From NCBI GenBank assembly GCA_964403245.1, contig CAYOEW010000004.1, positions 1-39,328 of the forward strand: 39,328 nucleotides of DNA, in the 5' to 3' direction. Numbering within the stretch: position 1 is the first letter of the stretch; each line of letters starts with the position of its first letter. Below are positions 34,788-39,328 of the stretch, piece after piece. The position numbers were made by a program, and so were the translations under genes. The DNA is from an uncultured Lachnospiraceae bacterium (GTDB lineage: Bacteria; Bacillota; Clostridia; Christensenellales; UBA1242). The notes under the pieces are model-generated. The model was not told where the DNA came from. It saw nothing but the letters and a program-made list of their open reading frames with translations, and searched no databases.

Positions 34788-35954
34788 ATGAAGAAGGGTG
34801 TGTTTTCTTTATTTTTGACAATTTTTCTTGCTTTTTGCTGTCTTGCGATTCTTTCTCCGATTCAGACACTTAACGGCTTGGAAGGTGGCTTTTTGACGAA
34901 TTATCAAGACATTGAAATTGCAAACAAAAATCATACTTTTGGGCATTTTATTCAGACACAGTTGGTTGAAACTGAAAAGAGTGTCGGTGGAGAAAAAGAA
35001 ACCAAAGGCGAGATTGTTTTCAAACTTTTTGGCTTTATTCCAATCAAAAAAGTCAATGTAAATCTGACAAACGATGAGTTATATTATGTGGGTGGTGTGC
35101 CAATCGGTCTTTCGATTAACACTGACGGTGCTCTTGTGGTTGGAAACGAAAATCAAACACTAAAAGAAGGGGATATCATCACACAAATAAACGGAAATGA
35201 TGTGTCAAACTTGGATGATATTCCAAAATATCTTGAAAATGCTGGAAGCGAAGTTGAAGTCAAGGTTTTGCGAAAAAACAGAGAAGTGAAGACTCTTGTG
35301 AAGACAATCAAAGACGAGAATTCTGGGAAATTGAAACTTGGAACTTGGGTTAAGGATGATGTGACTGGCGTTGGAACATTGACCTTTGTCAACACAAAGA
35401 CGCATAAATATGGTGCGTTGGGGCATCCGATTGTTGAAAATAATGGCGGAAATGTTGTGCCGGTCGCAAATGGTGATTTATATGAGTGTAGTTTGATTGG
35501 AATTAACAAAGGAAAGAAAAATGCCCCGGGTGAGTTGAGATGTGTTTTTGTCGCAAATTCAAAAAGTAAGGGGACAATTGAAACAAACAACAAATTTGGT
35601 GTATCTGGCGTTTTGAACAGTTTGGATGGACTTGTGGATGAAAATGTAACGGCAAAACTGGGCGGAAGACTTGGTGTAAGACTGGGGAAAGCAAAAATAA
35701 TCTCCACAATAAGCGGAATAAGAGAAGAATATGACATTGAAATCATCAAGGCGAACTGTCAAAAATCCGCAAATGACAAAAGTATGGTTTTTCGCGTTAA
35801 AGACAAGAGATTGCAAGAACTGACCGGCGGGATTGTTCAAGGCATGAGCGGGTCACCAATCATCCAGGATGGAAGAATTATTGGTGCGGTCACACATGTG
35901 TTTATGAATGATCCATGCAAGGGTTATGCAGTTTACACTGATTGGATGATATAA
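34788..35954 (+). CDS. spoIVB: SpoIVB peptidase (S55) with PDZ domain
   Basis: An N-terminal TM is followed by a PDZ domain (LKEGDIITQINGNDVSNLDDI). The S55 motifs are GVGTLTFVNTKTHKYGALGHPI and GIVQGMSGSPIIQDGRIIGAVTHVF. Confidence 0.88.
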   Translation: MKKGVFSLFLTIFLAFCCLAILSPIQTLNGLEGGFLTNYQDIEIANKNHTFGHFIQTQLVETEKSVGGEKETKGEIVFKLFGFIPIKKVNVNLTNDELYYVGGVPIGLSINTDGALVVGNENQTLKEGDIITQINGNDVSNLDDIPKYLENAGSEVEVKVLRKNREVKTLVKTIKDENSGKLKLGTWVKDDVTGVGTLTFVNTKTHKYGALGHPIVENNGGNVVPVANGDLYECSLIGINKGKKNAPGELRCVFVANSKSKGTIETNNKFGVSGVLNSLDGLVDENVTAKLGGRLGVRLGKAKIISTISGIREEYDIEIIKANCQKSANDKSMVFRVKDKRLQELTGGIVQGMSGSPIIQDGRIIGAVTHVFMNDPCKGYAVYTDWMI

Positions 35955-35957
35955 TAA

Positions 35958-35992
35958 ATATGGTGTAGTATTCAATGCATACCACACCATAT
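35958..35992. terminator. Hairpin between convergent spoIVB and SDR genes, and a copy of the palindromic motif family
   Basis: ATATGGTGTaGTAT-TCAATGC-ATACcACACCATAT (13 bp with one mismatch). The flanks are T/A-rich on both strands. Confidence 0.5.
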
Positions 35993-36019
35993 CTTGTGTT
36001 ATTTAAACAATTTTAATTT

Positions 36020-36754
36020 TCAGTTCAAAATCAATCCACCATCAACAAAAATTGTCTGTCCTGTGATGAATGATGCTTTGTCAGTGCTCAAAAATGCAAC
36101 TGCTTCGGCTATGTCGTCAGTTTTGCCCAGGCGTTCAAGTGGGGTGATATCCTCAAAATCTTCTTTTTCCGCTTTTGAAAGATTGTTGTTCATTTTTGTG
36201 TCAATAAACCCCGGTGCAACGACATTTATGCGGGTTTGAAGGTTTCCAAGCTCGCTTGCAAGCGATTTGCAAAGTCCACTCATGGCGCTTTTTGTGGCAG
36301 TATACACACTTTCACATGCACAGCCTGTTTTTTCAACAAAAGAACCAATCAAAACAATGTTTGAAGGGGATTTTCCTGCAGTTTGCTTTGTGAATTCCCT
36401 TATGCATCTGATTGCGCCTTTGATGTTGATTTCAAACAGTTTGTCAATTTCTTCATCACTGACATCCAAAATAAGTGCTCTTTTTTGGGCAATTCCAGCG
36501 CAAAAAATGAGCGTATCAAGTGATTTAAAGTCTTTTGAAATGTCTTGAAACACATTTTCAGCCGAATTCTTTTCACAAAGGTCAAGTTTGTAGGTTTTGA
36601 TGTCGATTTTGTCGTTTGAAATTTCTTTTTCAAAGTCAATTTTGTTTGTGTTGTGAGTGAGTGCAAGGTTATATCCTTCATTTGCCATTTTCTTTGCAAT
36701 TGCAAGTCCGATATCACTTGAAGCACCAACGATGATTGCTGTTTTTCTTATCAT
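36020..36754 (-). CDS. Short-chain dehydrogenase/reductase (FabG-like)
   Basis: Contains IIVGASSDIGLAIA (cofactor-binding Gly motif), the catalytic YTATKSA (YxxxK) and NVVAPGFIDT. Confidence 0.85.
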   Translation of the reverse strand: MIRKTAIIVGASSDIGLAIAKKMANEGYNLALTHNTNKIDFEKEISNDKIDIKTYKLDLCEKNSAENVFQDISKDFKSLDTLIFCAGIAQKRALILDVSDEEIDKLFEINIKGAIRCIREFTKQTAGKSPSNIVLIGSFVEKTGCACESVYTATKSAMSGLCKSLASELGNLQTRINVVAPGFIDTKMNNNLSKAEKEDFEDITPLERLGKTDDIAEAVAFLSTDKASFITGQTIFVDGGLILN

Positions 36755-36781
36755 TTCTTTTCCTTTTTCTTATGCAAAATT

Positions 36782-37621
36782 TTAATATGCTGTCCAAGCA
36801 AGCCCAACTGCTGGACCAACATGACAGGCGGTTACAGGCCCAACTTCGCCTTCATACACCTCAATTGTGTCTTTGTCAGGGCGTTTGTTAAGCCAATCTG
36901 CGACCATTTTCTTCAGAAGTTCAAAGAATTTTGTGTTTGCAATGTGAATGATGAAAAGGCGTTTGATTTTTTCAGGAATTGAAGCAATCAAATCCTTGAT
37001 TGCTTTTTGCATTCCGAAACTTTTTTTGTCGGTCAAAACACCTTGTTTGAAGGTTATGATTGGTTTGATTTGCAAGATTGAACCAATTGTTGCGGAAACT
37101 TTTCCAATTCTTCCACCTTTTACGAGATATTCAAGTGAGTCTGGGATGAATGAAACACAACTGTTTTGCATATATTCCTGCAATTTTGCGATGATTTCAT
37201 CCACTGTTGCGCCATTATCTCGAAGAGCGACCGCTTCCATGAGATATCCAAGCACAGTTTGGACATTTGCCATTGTGTCAACGACATGCACTTTTTCAGG
37301 GGCTTTGCATTGCTCTTTTGCAAGGCATGCAGCGTTGTATGTGCCAGAAAGAGTGCTGCTCATTGCCAAAACCATAACTTCTTTTCCGTCATCAATGGCC
37401 TTGTCATATTCTTCAATGAATTTTTCAAGCGAAGGTTGGCTTGTTTTTGGGAAAATTTTTGTCTTCAAAAAATCTTCAAAAAATGCGTCATAAGTTCCTG
37501 GGTATCCTTCATCAAATTCGGTATCTTTATAGAGCACTCGAAGTGGAACAACTGTGATGTCGTGTGCTTCGGCGTATTCTTTTGGTGTCCCAGAAGTGCT
37601 GTCAACGATAATTTTAATCAT
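36782..37621 (-). CDS. DegV family fatty-acid-binding protein
   Basis: Contains IKIIVDSTSGTP...ITVVPLRVLY, SQPS, SSTLSGTYN and GGRIGKV. Confidence 0.88.
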   Translation of the reverse strand: MIKIIVDSTSGTPKEYAEAHDITVVPLRVLYKDTEFDEGYPGTYDAFFEDFLKTKIFPKTSQPSLEKFIEEYDKAIDDGKEVMVLAMSSTLSGTYNAACLAKEQCKAPEKVHVVDTMANVQTVLGYLMEAVALRDNGATVDEIIAKLQEYMQNSCVSFIPDSLEYLVKGGRIGKVSATIGSILQIKPIITFKQGVLTDKKSFGMQKAIKDLIASIPEKIKRLFIIHIANTKFFELLKKMVADWLNKRPDKDTIEVYEGEVGPVTACHVGPAVGLAWTAY

Positions 37622-37634
37622 AATTCATCTCCAT

Positions 37635-37651
37635 AAGTCAATTATTGACTT
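37635..37651. repeat. 17-nt perfect palindrome in the degV 5' UTR
   Basis: AAGTCAAT-T-ATTGACTT, located between the putative degV promoter and the SD. Confidence 0.7.
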
Positions 37652-37659
37652 TCAAACCT

Positions 37660-37687
37660 ATTGTAACACAGAAATTTGTGTTTTCAA
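37660..37687 (-). promoter_or_regulatory. Putative degV-SDR operon promoter
   Basis: The - strand reads TTGAAA-16-TACAAT with an extended -10 TGT. Confidence 0.4.
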
Positions 37688-37713
37688 AACATTTTTCAAC
37701 ATTTCAACTTTTG

Positions 37714-37742
37714 TTGACTTATATTTTTTATTATGCTATATT
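37714..37742 (+). promoter_or_regulatory. lysS promoter
   Basis: TTGACT-17-TATATT, about 33 nt upstream of the ATG. Confidence 0.5.
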
Positions 37743-37775
37743 TAAACATGATATTCATAAACATTTGGAGGTATT

Positions 37776-39233
37776 ATGGAAGAAAATTTGTCAAACGAAA
37801 TCGACATTAGACGACAAAAAATCAACACTTTGCAGGAAATGGGAGAAATTCCATACAAAGAAAAATATGAAAGAACTTGCACAATCAAAGAAGCGCGTGA
37901 AAAACTTGGCGAACATGTGAAAATTGCTGGGCGTATCGTTTTCCGCCGTATCATGGGAAAATTTGGTTTTTGCCAAATTCGTGACATCTATGCTGGCATT
38001 CAAATTTCTGTTGGAAGAAATGAATTCTCCGAAGAAGACTATAATTTCTACAAAAAAATGATTGACATCGGTGACTTTATTGGAGTTGAAGGTGAAGTAT
38101 ATCAAACACAAACCGGCGAAATCACTGTTAAGGCTGAAAAAATTGTTTTGCTTTCAAAAACTCTTCGTCCGCTTCCAGAAAAGTTTCATGGAATTGCTGA
38201 CACTGAAATCAAATATCGCCAACGCTATCTTGACCTTGTGACAAACGAAGAAAGCAGAAAGATTTTCCTTACAAGAAGCAAGGTTGTTTCATTTATTCGC
38301 AGATATTTGGAAGACAACGGATTCATTGAAGTTGAAACACCAATTTTGCAGACAAGTGTTTCGGGAGCAAGCGCAAAACCTTTCTTCACGCACCACAATG
38401 CTCTTGATTTGGAATGCAATTTGCGTATCGCGACAGAGTGCTATCTCAAACAGTGTATTGGTGCTGGAATAGACCGCGTATTTGAACTTGGAAAAGATTT
38501 CAGAAATGAAGGAATGGACCCTTCTCACTTGCAGGAATTTACACAGGTTGAGTGGTATGCTTCATATTGGAATTTTGAAGACAACATCGTGTTCTTCAAG
38601 AAGTTGATTGTTGAACTCTTGCAGTCTTGCCTTGGCACAACTGTTGTGAACTATCAAGGTCAAGAAATCGACTTTGGAAAAGAGTGGGAAAGAATTGACT
38701 ATGTTGCAAGAATGAGAGAACTTCTTGGTTGTGACTTCCTTGCAATTGACGATTTGGACGAACTTAAAAAGATTGTCGTTGACCGCGGACTTTTTGGATA
38801 TGGCGAACTTGAAGAATGCAAATCTGTAAGAACTCTTGTTGATTATGTATATAAGAGAAAAATCAGAGCGGAAATTGTTAATCCAACAATTTTGTATAAC
38901 TATCCAGCATCTCTCATTCCGCTTGCTCGCAGAAACGACAAGGATGAAAGAATTATTGATGTATTCCAAGTTGTTGCCGGCGGAGCGGAACTTGTTAAGG
39001 CTTACAGCGAACTTGTAAATCCAATCACTCAAAGAAAAACTTTGGAACTTCAACTTGTTGAAAAAGCACAGGGCGATGAGGAAACAATGGATGTTGATGA
39101 AGACTTCTTGCTAGCAATGGAACACGGTATGCCACCAATTTCTGGACTTGGATTTGGAATTGACAGATTTTTGATGTTCATTTTCGATTGTCCAAACATC
39201 AGAGATGTTGTTTTGTTCCCAACAATGAAATAG
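37776..39233 (+). CDS. lysS: Lysine--tRNA ligase, class II
   Basis: N-terminal OB fold, FRNEG (motif 2) and GLGFGIDRFLM (motif 3). 485 aa. Confidence 0.95.
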   Translation: MEENLSNEIDIRRQKINTLQEMGEIPYKEKYERTCTIKEAREKLGEHVKIAGRIVFRRIMGKFGFCQIRDIYAGIQISVGRNEFSEEDYNFYKKMIDIGDFIGVEGEVYQTQTGEITVKAEKIVLLSKTLRPLPEKFHGIADTEIKYRQRYLDLVTNEESRKIFLTRSKVVSFIRRYLEDNGFIEVETPILQTSVSGASAKPFFTHHNALDLECNLRIATECYLKQCIGAGIDRVFELGKDFRNEGMDPSHLQEFTQVEWYASYWNFEDNIVFFKKLIVELLQSCLGTTVVNYQGQEIDFGKEWERIDYVARMRELLGCDFLAIDDLDELKKIVVDRGLFGYGELEECKSVRTLVDYVYKRKIRAEIVNPTILYNYPASLIPLARRNDKDERIIDVFQVVAGGAELVKAYSELVNPITQRKTLELQLVEKAQGDEETMDVDEDFLLAMEHGMPPISGLGFGIDRFLMFIFDCPNIRDVVLFPTMK

Positions 39234-39242
39234 GATTTTTGA

Positions 39243-39328
39243 ATGAAAAACATAAGCGCAGATTTTGTGATGAGTGGACTTGATGCCATGGTGGAAAATC
39301 CACGTTGCGAACTTAACTATCAAACACC
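39243..39328 (+). CDS. nth: 5' end of an endonuclease III-like gene that runs off the right edge
   Basis: Not in the ORF track. Reads MKNISADFVMSGLDAMVENPRCELNYQT, which matches the Nth N-terminal pattern (..P.a.CEL.y..). Only 28 codons are visible. Confidence 0.45.
   Translation, partial: MKNISADFVMSGLDAMVENPRCELNYQT

Noticed and set aside
37622-37775. T-box or other riboswitch leader upstream of lysS
   Set aside because: The promoter, TTGACT-17-TATATT, leaves only about 30 nt of leader, which is too short for a T-box. No specifier or T-box sequence was seen.
1-39328. Search for CRISPR arrays, tRNA/rRNA genes, parS (TGTTNCACGTGAAACA), dif-like sites and DnaA-box clusters
   Set aside because: No regularly spaced direct repeats, no tRNA T-arm/acceptor patterns and no match better than isolated partial sites (for example TGTGGATAT at about 24686) were found by eye.

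Overview
This is a low-GC Bacillota-type chromosome segment read with the standard genetic code. It is probably a spore-forming Clostridia-like organism, because spoIVB is present and the gene order is Bacillus/Clostridium-like. About 85% of the window is conserved translation and ribosome-biogenesis core, mostly on the + strand. The first core block is frr-uppS-cdsA-rseP-(PolC-like exonuclease)-rimP-nusA-ylxR-ylxQ-infB-rbfA-nrnA-truB, followed by an Nfo-like TIM-barrel gene, efp, tdk (-), lepA and hemW. The second block is ylxM-ffh-rpsP-khpA-rimM-trmD-rbgA-yraN-rplS. After it come a small export protein, a membrane-tethered PadR-like regulator (-), a DUF45/M48-like metallopeptidase, spoIVB, an SDR (-), degV (-), lysS and the start of nth. 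I found no rRNA, tRNA, CRISPR array, transposase or integrase.

The non-core parts are:
- (i) A visibly more A+T-rich orphan block at 1-4740 on the - strand. It holds three anchored or secreted proteins, a 73-aa membrane protein, a 109-aa acidic protein and two Lys-rich small proteins. It also holds a promoter-to-terminator candidate small RNA, convergent with the Lys-rich operon, and a highly structured 370-nt spacer.
- (ii) A 657-aa orphan protein (4794-6767) sitting where pyrH normally precedes frr.
- (iii) A 510-aa protein at the syntenic polC position. It has PolC-like N-terminal and OB regions plus a DnaQ-type exonuclease, but no polymerase core, and it appears to be leaderless.
- (iv) A WG-repeat protein with a coupled 39-aa microprotein.
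- (v) A recurrent palindromic motif (core TATGCAATGCATA) at four sites, one of them inside truB.
- (vi) A repeat-dense divergent promoter region between the PadR-like gene and the metallopeptidase gene.

All family calls come from motif recognition by eye. No database search was run.
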